Shown here: positions 1 to 10,800 of the stretch, piece after piece
How positions within the stretch are numbered: position 1 is the first letter of the stretch
Layout: each line of letters opens with the position of its first letter
Origin: a virus
Lineage: Duplodnaviria; Caudoviricetes
DNA: 63,594 nucleotides
Strand: one strand, 5' to 3'
IMG/VR virus record: IMGVR_UViG_3300035212_000241
Location: 1 to 63,594 of that record
Translations under genes and position numbers: made by a program
The notes under the pieces: model-generated
Seen by the model: the letters and a program-made list of their open reading frames with translations, nothing else
What the model was told of the DNA's origin: nothing
The model's database searches: none

Positions 1-123
1 ATGGATTAACAAGTCAACTAATGAAATGAAAGATATAATAATTGATATTCAGTACACAAACTTCCCTAACCAATGGGCAACAGATAAAGAGAAAGCATCT
101 GAAGGCTATGGTTTACAAGTAGG
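1..123 (+). repeat. Terminal direct repeat, left copy (assembly circularity)
   Basis: 1-123 matches 63472-63594 except A115 vs G63586 (TTA/TTG, both Leu). It spans the TerL/portal junction. Confidence 0.97.
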
Positions 124-2461
124 GCAAGCTATACAGTATGAGTGGTTTAGAAAAGACGGAACCTCATGTAGGTACTACAGCCGTTGGAGAGACTTCCATA
201 AGCTCAAGCTTTATGCAAGAGGAGAGCAGTCAGTAGCAAAGTACAAAAATGAACTTGCTATTGATGGCGATTTGTCGTACCTGAATATTGACTGGACACC
301 AGTTCCTGTTATCCCAAAGTTCGTTGACATTGTTGTAAACGGTATGTCAGACAGACTCTTCAAGCCAAAGGCTTATGCGCAGGACGCAATGTCACTTGCC
401 AAGCGCAATAAGTACCAAGACATGATTGAGACGCAAATGGCAGGAAAAGAAATCTTTGCAAAAATCCAACAGTTTACCGGTGCCGATCCATTTATGATGG
501 ACCCTGAGAAGCTTCCTGAGAATGATGAAGAACTATCATTATATATGCAGATTAACTACAAGCCTGCAATTGAGATAGCAGAGGAGGTAGCCATCAGCAC
601 AATATTTGACGAGAACCACTACGATGACATCAGAAAGCGCCTTGACTATGACATGACCGTCTTAGGCATGGCCGTAGCAAAGCATGAGTTCTTGCTAGGA
701 GAAGGTGTCAAGGTGTCCTATGTTGACCCAGCTAATGTGGTCCATAATTATACCGAGGACCCATTCTTTAAAGATGTGTTCTATTGGGGTGAAATCAAGA
801 CCGTTCCGCTCACTGAGCTATACAAGATAAATCCAAAGCTGACAAGAGACGATCTAGAGCAAATCTCAGCGTACAGTCAGTCATGGTATGACTATTATAA
901 CGTAGCAAGATATTATGAGAATAGTTTATTTTTTAGAGATACTTGCACTCTGCTCTATTTTAATTATAAGACAACCAAAAAAATTGTCTATAAAAAGAAA
1001 ACATTAGAGCAAGGTGGTTTCAAGATGATTCCAAAGGACGATGAGTTCAATCCTCCACAAGAGATGATGGAAGAGGGTGGCTTTGAGAAAGTTGAGAAGA
1101 CTGTTGACGTATGGTACGAAGGCATCATGGTAATGGGCACCAATTACCTGCTCAAGTGGGAGATGGCCGAGAATATGGTCAGACCTAAGTCATCAGCACA
1201 ACACGCTATGCCAATGTTCGTAGCTTGCGCGCCAAGGATGTACAAAGGTGTTATCGAGAGCTTAGTTCGCAGGATGATACCATTTGCTGACCTAATCCAA
1301 ATCACCCATCTAAAGCTACAGCAGGTCATTAACCGCATTGTCCCTGATGGTGTGTTCATTGACGCTGACGGCCTCAATGAGGTTGACCTTGGAACTGGCA
1401 ATGCCTATAATCCTGAGGATGCATTAAGGCTCTACTTCCAAACAGGTAGTGTCATCGGGCGTAGCTTCACCCAAGATGGTGACTTCAATAATGCGAGGGT
1501 GCCAATTACTCAGCTCACGTCAAACTCAGGAGCGGCAAAGACACAGATGCTGTTGGCTAACTACCAGCACTATATGGACATGATACGGACCGTTACAGGG
1601 CTTAATGAGGCAAGGGATGGCTCAACACCTGACCCGAACTCATTGGTTGGCTTACAGAAGCTTGCAGCGCTCAACTCAAACACAGCAACAAGGCATATCC
1701 TGGAGAGTGGTCTATATATCTACCGCACTTTGGCAGAAGCCATCACTTATCGCGTAGCTGACATATTAGAGTACGCTGACTTCAAAGAAGACTTCGCCAC
1801 AAGAATAGGCAGGTACAACGTGTCAATACTTAACGAAATTAAAGACCTTTACCTATATGATTTTGGTATCTCTATTGAGATTGCACCGGACGAAGAGCAA
1901 AGAGCGCAACTCGAAGCGAATATCAACATGGCCTTATCGAAAGGCGACATTAACCTTGAGGATGCTATCGATATTCGAGAACTTAAAAACCTCAAACTCG
2001 CAAACCAACTGCTCAAAGTCAAGCGTATAAAGACTTCCGAGAAGATGGAGAAGATGCAAATGCAAAAGCAAGCAATGGTGTCGCAGCAGCAAATGCAGTC
2101 ACAGCAAATGGCAGCACAGATGGCAGTGCAAAAGATACAGTTGGAAGCGCAAGCAAAAGCCCAAGTCATACAGACAGAGATGGAGATGGCGATGAAGAAG
2201 ATGGAATTTGAGTCTCAAATCAAGTCAAGACTAATGGCAGAGGAGTTCCAGTATAGCGTGAAGCTGCATGAGATGCAATACGGTACACTTGCTATGCGTG
2301 AGAAAAACAAAGAGGATGAGAAGAACAAACGCATAAGCATTCAGAACACTCAGCAGTCAAAACTGATAAACCAAAGGAAGAACAACTTACCTCCGGTAAA
2401 CTTCGAGTCCAATGAAGATAGTTTAGATGGCTTTGATTTAGCAGAATTTAACCCAAGATAG
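26..2461 (+). CDS. Portal protein
   Basis: 811 aa, directly after TerL (ATGA overlap across the join) and before scaffold/MCP; Q/M-rich coiled-coil C-terminus typical of podovirus portals. Confidence 0.85.
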   Translation: MKDIIIDIQYTNFPNQWATDKEKASEGYGLQVGQAIQYEWFRKDGTSCRYYSRWRDFHKLKLYARGEQSVAKYKNELAIDGDLSYLNIDWTPVPVIPKFVDIVVNGMSDRLFKPKAYAQDAMSLAKRNKYQDMIETQMAGKEIFAKIQQFTGADPFMMDPEKLPENDEELSLYMQINYKPAIEIAEEVAISTIFDENHYDDIRKRLDYDMTVLGMAVAKHEFLLGEGVKVSYVDPANVVHNYTEDPFFKDVFYWGEIKTVPLTELYKINPKLTRDDLEQISAYSQSWYDYYNVARYYENSLFFRDTCTLLYFNYKTTKKIVYKKKTLEQGGFKMIPKDDEFNPPQEMMEEGGFEKVEKTVDVWYEGIMVMGTNYLLKWEMAENMVRPKSSAQHAMPMFVACAPRMYKGVIESLVRRMIPFADLIQITHLKLQQVINRIVPDGVFIDADGLNEVDLGTGNAYNPEDALRLYFQTGSVIGRSFTQDGDFNNARVPITQLTSNSGAAKTQMLLANYQHYMDMIRTVTGLNEARDGSTPDPNSLVGLQKLAALNSNTATRHILESGLYIYRTLAEAITYRVADILEYADFKEDFATRIGRYNVSILNEIKDLYLYDFGISIEIAPDEEQRAQLEANINMALSKGDINLEDAIDIRELKNLKLANQLLKVKRIKTSEKMEKMQMQKQAMVSQQQMQSQQMAAQMAVQKIQLEAQAKAQVIQTEMEMAMKKMEFESQIKSRLMAEEFQYSVKLHEMQYGTLAMREKNKEDEKNKRISIQNTQQSKLINQRKNNLPPVNFESNEDSLDGFDLAEFNPR

Positions 2462-2483
2462 TGTGAATCTAATTTTTATTTTA

Positions 2484-2491
2484 TATTTTTG
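2484..2491 (+). promoter_or_regulatory. Bacteroidota-type -7 promoter box (TATTTTTG)
   Basis: Matches TAnnTTTG about 20 nt before the scaffold start. Confidence 0.55.
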
Positions 2492-2511
2492 CAACAAATA
2501 AATTTACTCAA

Positions 2512-3588
2512 ATGGAATTTAAATCAGTAAAATTAGTCGAAACCGGTGAACAAAAAAGTGTTCAAGAGGTAGAGAAAGAGCTTTTAGAGAAGCACGAACA
2601 ACAATTTCAAGATGCTCCACAGGATAGTTATATTCCTGAGCCGCAGCAAGAGATTGACCTAAGAGAAGAAGACGTTCTTTCATATATAGGAAAAAGATAC
2701 AACAAGCAGATTAACTCATTCGATGAGCTTATGTCTGAGCGCAAAGGCGCAGAGGATATGCCTGAGGATGTAGCTGCTTATATGAAATATAGAAAAGAAA
2801 CAGGCAGGGGCTTTGAGGACTTTCTCAAGTTGAATAAGGACTTTGAGTCCGTGCCGGAAGAACAGCTTTTAAAAGAGTATCTGATATCAACCCAAGAAGG
2901 TCTCGACGAAGATGATGTCGATATGATGATGGATGAGTACAGATACGATGAGGACCTTGACGATGAAAGCTATATCAAAAAGGCTAAAGTTGCAAGAAAG
3001 AAAGCTGTAAATGAAGCAAAGAAATTCTTCACCACACAGAAGGAGAAATATAAAATGCCCCTTGAGTCGAGTACGGCAGGTGTTTCTCAAGAAGAGAAGG
3101 AGGAGTTCAATGCATATCGTGAGTATATCAGAAATGCTAAAACTTACGAAGAGGAAAATAATCGCAAACGTCAATGGTTTGAGAATAAGACTAATGAAGT
3201 TTTTGACTCAGGATTCAAAGGTTTTGAGTTCAATGTCAATAACAGAAAGCTTCTTTTCAATCCTGGTGATGCTGCTGAGTTGAAGAGGTTACACTCTAAT
3301 CCCTCAAGCTTTATCGGGAAGTTTCTCGACGAAACAGGGATGATAAAAGACGCAGCAGGGTACCATAAAGCGCTAGCGGTTGCAATGAACCCTGAGCGCT
3401 TCGCCAAGCACTTTTATGAGCAAGGCGCAGCTGATGCAGCAGATGACTTTATGCGTAAGACTAAGAATATCAATATGTCTGAGCGTAAAGCAAATGAGGC
3501 AACTAAGGGTAATGATGGATTCCAGGTTAAAGAGGTGAACCCTGATTCTGGGAAAAGTCTAAAAATCAAGAGTGCAAAAAGATTGTAA
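2512..3588 (+). CDS. Putative capsid scaffolding protein
   Basis: 358 aa, acidic and helical, between portal and MCP. Confidence 0.65.
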   Translation: MEFKSVKLVETGEQKSVQEVEKELLEKHEQQFQDAPQDSYIPEPQQEIDLREEDVLSYIGKRYNKQINSFDELMSERKGAEDMPEDVAAYMKYRKETGRGFEDFLKLNKDFESVPEEQLLKEYLISTQEGLDEDDVDMMMDEYRYDEDLDDESYIKKAKVARKKAVNEAKKFFTTQKEKYKMPLESSTAGVSQEEKEEFNAYREYIRNAKTYEEENNRKRQWFENKTNEVFDSGFKGFEFNVNNRKLLFNPGDAAELKRLHSNPSSFIGKFLDETGMIKDAAGYHKALAVAMNPERFAKHFYEQGAADAADDFMRKTKNINMSERKANEATKGNDGFQVKEVNPDSGKSLKIKSAKRL

Positions 3589-3607
3589 AACATTAAATTC
3601 TTAAAAA

Positions 3608-5023
3608 ATGCCATTATTAAACACGCCAACATTCGCGCTGCAACCGGCAGCAGAGAGAGTGGCTCTTTCAACAAACTATATTACCAACTTTAACTTCTTG
3701 AACCAGTATCTTCCTGATACTTACGAGAAAGAATTTGAGCGTTATGGTAATCGTACTATTTCTTCATTCCTTCGCCTTGTAGGTGCTGAGATGCCTTCAA
3801 ACTCTGACCAAATTAGATGGGCTGAGCAAGGTCGTCTTCACATCAAATACACACAATGTACAGCTTCTGCTGTTGCTGGTGGTGTTGGAACATTTACCAT
3901 TGCTGATGCAGGTGCAACCACAGCTGCTATCCGTATTGGTCAAACTGTATTCATCCAAGTTAATGCAACTGGCGTAAGTAACAAAGCTATTGTTACTGCT
4001 GCTGCTGGTCTTGTAATAACTGTTGCTTTCTATGAGGCTACGGTAAATATTGTCAATACAAATGTTTGTACTATCTTTATTTACGGTTCTGAATTCAGAA
4101 AAGGCACAACCGGTATGGTTGGTTCACTTGAAGCTGAAGATGTATTCTTCACTAACAAGCCAATCATCCTAAAAGACAGATACAATATCAGTGGATCTGA
4201 TATGGCTCAAATTGGTTGGGTTGAAGTAACAACTGAGAATGGCGCTACTGGCTACCTTTGGTACCTAAAGTCCGAGCATGAGACTCGTCTTCGCTTTGAG
4301 GACTATATGGAGACTGCTATGATTGAAGCTGTTCCTGCTGAGGCTGGTTCTGGTGCATTAGTAACTGCTCAAGTAGATGGTTCTGAAGGAGTATTTTTTG
4401 CTGTAAACAATCGTGGTAACGTATGGGGTGCAGGTCTTCCTACAACTCTTGCTGATTGGGACACAATCGTACAACGTCTTGATAGACAAGGCGCTATTGA
4501 GGAAAACGTAGTGTTCTGTAACCGTGACCTTAGCTTTGCCATTGATGGTATGCTTGCAGGTCTTAATGGTGCTTCTACTGCTGCTGCTGCAACTCCTTCA
4601 TTTGGTGCTTCATACGGTCTATTTGACAATGACACTACTATGGCGTTGAACCTTGGTTTCTCAGGTTTCCGTCGTGGTTATGACTTCTACAAGTCAGACT
4701 GGAAATACTTGAACGATCCAACTATGCGTGGTGGTCTTTCAAATGCTGCTGCTACCGCTACTGGTACTGTAACAGGACTTTTGGTTCCTGCTGGTTCTAC
4801 TTCAGTTTATGACCAAATTATGGGCAAAAACGCTAAGCGTCCGTTCTTACACGTCCGCTACCGTGCAACTGAAACAGAAGACCGTCGTTACAAAACTTGG
4901 ATTACAGGTTCTGCCGGTGGTGCGCAAACTAGCGACTTGGATGCTATGGAAGTAAACTTCCTTTCTGAGCGTTGCGTATGTACCCTCGGTGCAAACAACT
5001 TTGTACTTTTCAGATTCGGTTAA
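3608..5023 (+). CDS. Major capsid protein
   Basis: 471 aa, highly biased codon usage, followed by a strong terminator; position after scaffold; resembles Bacteroidota podovirus MCPs. Confidence 0.85.
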   Translation: MPLLNTPTFALQPAAERVALSTNYITNFNFLNQYLPDTYEKEFERYGNRTISSFLRLVGAEMPSNSDQIRWAEQGRLHIKYTQCTASAVAGGVGTFTIADAGATTAAIRIGQTVFIQVNATGVSNKAIVTAAAGLVITVAFYEATVNIVNTNVCTIFIYGSEFRKGTTGMVGSLEAEDVFFTNKPIILKDRYNISGSDMAQIGWVEVTTENGATGYLWYLKSEHETRLRFEDYMETAMIEAVPAEAGSGALVTAQVDGSEGVFFAVNNRGNVWGAGLPTTLADWDTIVQRLDRQGAIEENVVFCNRDLSFAIDGMLAGLNGASTAAAATPSFGASYGLFDNDTTMALNLGFSGFRRGYDFYKSDWKYLNDPTMRGGLSNAAATATGTVTGLLVPAGSTSVYDQIMGKNAKRPFLHVRYRATETEDRRYKTWITGSAGGAQTSDLDAMEVNFLSERCVCTLGANNFVLFRFG

Positions 5024-5038
5024 TACATTGCTGCTTTT

Positions 5039-5069
5039 GGGGGGCGTTGCCATAGCGCCCTCCTTTTTT
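5039..5069 (+). terminator. Intrinsic terminator after MCP
   Basis: GGGGGGCGTTG-CCA-TAGCGCCCTCC followed by T6. Confidence 0.85.
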
Positions 5070-5092
5070 AAAATCTAATTAAATTGAACAAT

Positions 5093-5836
5093 ATGTCAGA
5101 GAAAAAGTATTCCGATAAGATATATCGGTTAAAAAGAGGGACACCATTATCATACACATTGGTATCGAGAAACAATCCAAAGTTTCCACTGATGTGGTTT
5201 GATGAAACCAAAAACGTAAATAGAGTACTAAGATACGCTTCTAACCAAAAGTCACCTTTTGAGGATGAGCAGGACTCAAATGTAATACTTGAGCCAATTG
5301 TATTTGAAGATGGATTTTTAACTGTTGCAAGAACAAATCCGGTGCTTCAAGAATTTCTGCATTACCATCCAATGAATGGTATTGTATTCGAGGAAGTTGA
5401 CAAAGAGAAAGAAGCTAAAGATGAAGTAGAGGATTTAAACCTAGAAGTTGACGCTTTGATTCAAGCTAGAAATCTTACAATTGAGCAGCTTGAGATGATG
5501 ACAAGGGTACTATTTGGTAAAGACCCTACCACCATTACAACAGCTGAGCTAAAGCGTGATATATTGGTATTTGCTAAAAACTATCCGCATGATTTCTTAC
5601 AGGCATACAATGACCCTGAGCTTAACTACCAAGCTAAAATCAGATCGTTCTTTGAATTGAAATTACTTGCCATTAGGAATAATGGTAGAGAAATATGGTT
5701 CAATACGCCAACCAACAAAAAGAAAATGTGTTCAGTGCCATATAATAATGACCCATACGATTTTGCCGGTCAGTTCCTGCAAAGCGATGAGGGCTTAGAT
5801 TCACTCAAGATGTTAGAAACATTTTCTGAATCGTAA
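5093..5836 (+). CDS. Conserved phage protein (head module)
   Basis: About 247 aa ORF after MCP; ATG at 5093 (alternative TTG at 5084). Confidence 0.6.
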   Translation: MSEKKYSDKIYRLKRGTPLSYTLVSRNNPKFPLMWFDETKNVNRVLRYASNQKSPFEDEQDSNVILEPIVFEDGFLTVARTNPVLQEFLHYHPMNGIVFEEVDKEKEAKDEVEDLNLEVDALIQARNLTIEQLEMMTRVLFGKDPTTITTAELKRDILVFAKNYPHDFLQAYNDPELNYQAKIRSFFELKLLAIRNNGREIWFNTPTNKKKMCSVPYNNDPYDFAGQFLQSDEGLDSLKMLETFSES

Positions 5837-5848
5837 AACAAAAAACAT

Positions 5849-5881
5849 AAAGAGGGTGTAAATATATACCCTCTTTTTTTT
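5849..5881 (+). terminator. Intrinsic terminator, directly followed by a TATATTTG promoter box (5881-5888)
   Basis: AAAGAGGGTGTA-AATA-TATACCCTCTTT plus T tract. Confidence 0.8.
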
Positions 5882-5901
5882 ATATTTGTAAAAAAATACG
5901 G

Positions 5902-6864
5902 ATGATAAACTCAGTAAGGAATACAGTACAGGGTGTCCTGAATAAGAACAACTACGGATACATCTCTCCGCAGGACTTTAATCTCTATGCCAAGCAGGCA
6001 CAGATGGAGATATTTGAGGAGTACTTCACCGCCTACAACAAGGTGATTAACATGGAGAATGGCCGTGTGGCAGGTACTGACTATGCTGATATTGAGCAGC
6101 CACTTGCTGAGGTTCTTGAGTATTTCCTTATCTCCAATTTTTTAGTTCCTGTTGTCACCCCATCAGGATTCACCGTCAATCAGTTCTTTGCTCCATCGCT
6201 TGTAACAGTAGGCAATGACTACTATATGATTAACAAGCTATTATGCTACAATACTAAGAAAATATCGGGGACTACTACAGGAACACCATCACTCAATCAG
6301 TTGATTGATGCTACTGCAAACTTTATAACAGCAGGAGTAGCTTATGGTGATATTGTCATTAACCTTACAACATTAGAGAGCGCAGAAGTAATGGTGGTGG
6401 CATCAGCAACGGTCCTTGACTTATCGAGTGATATTTTCCAAGGCATAAAAGAAAACTACGTTATATACTCATCAGTAGGAGTAGATGCCGAGAAGGTGTC
6501 AGTAGGCAAGATAACAATGCTCAACAACTCAATGCTTACTGCCCCATCGACAGTATTCCCTGTCTATACGCTTAATGAGGCAGGTATCATAACAACCTAT
6601 CCGAACAGCATAAAAGGGTATGGTGCTGTCAATGCAACGTACTTTAGATACCCATTGGACCCTAAGTGGACATATATCACCCTGGCAAGCGGTGAGCCTT
6701 TGTTTGACCAGTCACAACTTGACTACCAAGACTTTGAGCTGCCACTTGAAGAGGAATATAAACTCGCTCAGAAAATACTGCAATACTGTGGTATGACAAT
6801 CAGAGAAACTGAGGTGGTGCAATACGCACTAGGGCAAGAAGCAGGAAGAGACGCTAATACTTAA
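5902..6864 (+). CDS. Tail adaptor/ring protein
   Basis: Position after head genes; MINSVRNTV...NKNNYGYISPQDFN N-terminus and YFRYPLDPKW motif typical of ring proteins. Confidence 0.6.
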   Translation: MINSVRNTVQGVLNKNNYGYISPQDFNLYAKQAQMEIFEEYFTAYNKVINMENGRVAGTDYADIEQPLAEVLEYFLISNFLVPVVTPSGFTVNQFFAPSLVTVGNDYYMINKLLCYNTKKISGTTTGTPSLNQLIDATANFITAGVAYGDIVINLTTLESAEVMVVASATVLDLSSDIFQGIKENYVIYSSVGVDAEKVSVGKITMLNNSMLTAPSTVFPVYTLNEAGIITTYPNSIKGYGAVNATYFRYPLDPKWTYITLASGEPLFDQSQLDYQDFELPLEEEYKLAQKILQYCGMTIRETEVVQYALGQEAGRDANT

Positions 6865-6875
6865 AATAATATACA

Positions 6876-7850
6876 ATGCCATATATATCACAGTATCAAT
6901 ACTATACCAATAATGGTAACGCTCCGACAGATGCTAATTGGGGGTCATATCAGTATGTGAGCCTATTTGACATTGTCAATAACTTTCAGCTGATGTACAC
7001 CGGAAACCACTCATTGGTAAATAATGAGGAGCGGTACAAGGTGTTGTTCCACGCCAAGCGAGCCATCCAAGAGCTGAACTATGACGCGTTCAAAGAGATT
7101 AAAGCTCTTGAGCTTAGCGTCTGCGATCAACTGCGCTATGTGCTACCATCGGACTATGTCAACTGGGTGCGCATCTCGCTATACCATAATGGTGTGCTTA
7201 TGCCGCTTAGTGAGAACATACAGACACTGTCAGCCAAGGCATACTTGCAGGACCATGAGTGCAATATCCTTTTTGACCAAAATGGTAATATCCTGGAGCC
7301 GCAGTACTCAAACATTGACTACGAGCGAATCAAAGGAACCAAGAAGAGTATTTACCTTAACCAAGGGCATCAGTTCCACGGACACGAGGGATACTGCTGT
7401 GATGGCAATTGGTACTTTGACTATGGCATAGGAGCTAGATTTGGACTCAATACCGAGACAGCTAACCGCAACCCTACGTTCAATATTGACAAGAAGGCAG
7501 GTGTCATAAACTTTGACAGCGCAATCTTGGGATACAACCACTACCATAACAATAATGACCCAAATCACCATCACAATCTCTCTGCAACAGTTATTCTTGA
7601 GTATGTGAGCGATGGCATGGAGAATGGCAATGAGGGTGCTATATCGGTCAATAAACTATTCGAGCAATATGTCTATGCCTATATCCGGTACGAGATACTG
7701 AACGCTAAATTTGGCGTACAAGAGTACATTGTGGCAAGAGCTAGGAAAGAGAAACAGTCGCTACTAAGAAATGCAAAAATAAGAATCAGTAACATCCACC
7801 CTGGCAGACTTCTAATGAATATGAGGGGTATGGACAAGATAATTAAATAA
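6876..7850 (+). CDS. Tail ring/tubular protein
   Basis: LPSDYVNWVRIS motif (T7 gp11/P22 gp4-like LPxDY), just upstream of the nozzle gene. Confidence 0.6.
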   Translation: MPYISQYQYYTNNGNAPTDANWGSYQYVSLFDIVNNFQLMYTGNHSLVNNEERYKVLFHAKRAIQELNYDAFKEIKALELSVCDQLRYVLPSDYVNWVRISLYHNGVLMPLSENIQTLSAKAYLQDHECNILFDQNGNILEPQYSNIDYERIKGTKKSIYLNQGHQFHGHEGYCCDGNWYFDYGIGARFGLNTETANRNPTFNIDKKAGVINFDSAILGYNHYHNNNDPNHHHNLSATVILEYVSDGMENGNEGAISVNKLFEQYVYAYIRYEILNAKFGVQEYIVARARKEKQSLLRNAKIRISNIHPGRLLMNMRGMDKIIK

Positions 7851-10800
7851 TGGCAAACTTTTCAAGGAATTTTGTCGCTGGTAGAATGAATAAGACATTC
7901 GATGAGCGAGTTGTGCCTGAGGGCGAATACATTGACGCAATGAATGTCCGTATGGGTTCTACTGAGAAGTCAGAGGCCGGTGTCATTGAGAACACCAATG
8001 GCAATCTTCCGCTGACAGCTCTTGAGTACACTGGAAAGCCTTTGAGTCCATTCGCAAGATGTATCGGTGCTATTGAGGACAGCGCAAGAGAGACTATTTA
8101 TTGGTTTGTCCATGACTCACAGTTTGGGTCAAATACCGGTAAGCTTGACCTAATAGTGTCATATAATGTTGTCACTCAAGTCATTATATATCATGTCATC
8201 AGCGTTGACAATGGGGGCGGTGTTGACACTACTTTGAATTTCAATGAGCAGTACTTAATTACAGGGGTCAATCTCATTGAGGACCTGCTGTATTGGACTG
8301 ACGACTATAATCCTCCGAGGTTCATAAATGTCAAGACCGGCTACGCTAATCCTGATGGTGCAGGGATTGACTACAATGGTCAGCCTGACCTGCTGTATGA
8401 GACAATACAGGTTATTAAGAAGCCACCTACCGCAGCGCCTACGATAACACTTGTTGAGCTTTCAGACCAATCAAACTTCTTACAGGATAGATTTATTTGC
8501 TTTGCGTATAGGTATCAATATGCAAATGGGCAATATAGCGTAACGTCACAATGGACAGAGATAGCATTCTTCCCAAATGACTTTCAATTTAGTCCTGACA
8601 GTTATTTGAATGAAGGGATGATAAATAGATACAATGGTGTAAATGTATTTTTCAATACAGGTGGGCCATTAGTAATTGGCATTGACTTGCTATTTAAGGA
8701 AGCGACAGCCAATGTCATAAAGGTCATTGAGAAGTATAACAAGCAAGATGTTGGATGGCTTGATAATGTCACTCAGTCATATTTATTCAGCAATAGCAAA
8801 ATCTATACAATCCTACCGGAGTCAGAGCTACTTAGGTTATATGACAATGTGCCAAGACTAGCTAAGGCTCAGACAATTATGGGAAATAGGCTAATGTATG
8901 GCAACTATGTTGACGGCTATGACTTGATTGATGCCAATGGCCACCCAACTAACTTTGACTATTCTACGCAATTAGTTGTAGAGGAAATAATTCCAGAGCT
9001 TATACCAACTGTTACATATAGTAATGGCAATTACACAATAAATGGGCCGGTAACTATAAATGACTGTGTCTTAAATATAGATTTATCTGGAGTTTCATTA
9101 AAACAAGGGAATACACTAATAATAGATGCAACTTTAGAGGGTGTTTATTCCACAAATCTCCCTCCCATAACACCACCGTATGGATTTGTTGACATTTCAT
9201 TTTCATTTGTATTGCCAGCTGATTATACATCTGTGTACCAAATGGCATCAAGTGCAGAGTTTCAAGATGCAATAGGAACTGTTTTAAATATTAAGCCTAT
9301 ATACAATCCTATTCCAGGAGGTGATACATCTTGCGATGGATATACAATGACAGATGCAGTTAATTGCGTTGTAAACAACACTTTTGGAGTATTGCAAAAG
9401 TATGAAGGAGGAATAAATGGTCCATTAGAGCCAATTGCTATAACTGCATCTCCTTCAAGTAATGTTATAAGTCTTCAATTTACTGCAACAAGATATACTC
9501 AATTATTTTCAAATCCAAGTTTTAACAATAATTATATATATTATAGAATAACCACTGCGGTAGTATCTGTTCAATCAGTAAATTCTAATATTAAAAAAAG
9601 CTTGCACAGTAATAGAGACTATGAGATTGGCATTGTGTACATGGACGAATATTTAAGAGCTAGCCCAGCAAATGTTAGCTTATTTAATAACGAACACGTT
9701 CCATGCAGAAATTCACAATACGCAAATTCAATTACTGTAACTATACCGCCATCTCAGGTTGCGCCATATTGGGCTAAATTTTATAAGTTTGTATGTAAGG
9801 CAGACCAACATAGATACGAAACCATCTACTCAAATATATTTTTTTTAGACCCATTAACACAAGAAACATATTTCTTGTTGCAAGGTGAAAATGCAAGAAA
9901 AGTAGAAGAGGGGGATAGATTTATTGTAAAAGCTGACTCAGAGGGTCCTATGCAACAATGTACCTATGCAACTGTATTAGAGAAAGAATCTAAAGCAAGT
10001 GGATTTATACCAACAGTAATGCCTGCTCCTCCTGCTGGAGTTTACATGAAAATAAAAGCAGATGACTTCTCTACTGAGGTAGATCCATTAGCAGTAATCG
10101 CACCAGGTACTCGTTCTGCTATGCAGACGGCAGGTAATACTTGTCCGAAATTAAGTTATCCTATGGGTATCCCTGATCCTGCAATACCAGGTCAATTTAT
10201 AGATTATGACGTTCCTGCCGGTTCTATTATAATCTTTGATATTAGTTTTATTAGAGATGGGTATGGGGATAATCCATGCGAAACAAGAAGATATTTATTC
10301 AAAAAGCAATATGTAGCAGCCAACAGCTATACAAATATGTATGATTGGTTTATAAATGATAATATTGCCGCTACATTAAATGATGGAATTGCCACAGTTG
10401 GGACAACAACAGGGTCAGGGGGGCCTGGACTTATAGACAATCAATTTATCCCTGGTATAACTTCTCCTTTAAGTTCTTGTAGCCTTGGTACAAATTATTG
10501 GAAATTTTATAGAATCCCTTCTTCCCAATTACTGACTTTACAAATGTCAGGAACGCTACCTTGCACCGGAGCAAATACAAAAAAGAGACAATCAAAAGTA
10601 ATTGCCAATATACAAGTGTTTAGAGCTGTTGAAAATATTATTTTTGAAACAGAGCCAACGGACACACTGCCCGATGTCTTTTTTGAGAACGAACTATCAT
10701 TCCCGATTGATGCCAATGGCAATCACTTGTCGAATGGATTACTAGGCGACCAATCGCAGGACATTGCATTAGGTGTCCCTGGCATCATCCAAACAGGATT

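Noticed and set aside
1-123. Physical direct terminal repeat of the virion DNA
   Set aside because: It falls in the coding TerL/portal junction, as expected for an assembly overlap.
2040-2220. Q/M-rich repeat in the portal as a special element
   Set aside because: It is an ordinary coiled-coil barrel of podovirus portals.
7360-7580. His-rich patches in the ring protein as a metal-binding system
   Set aside because: Short low-complexity loop insertions with no supporting context.
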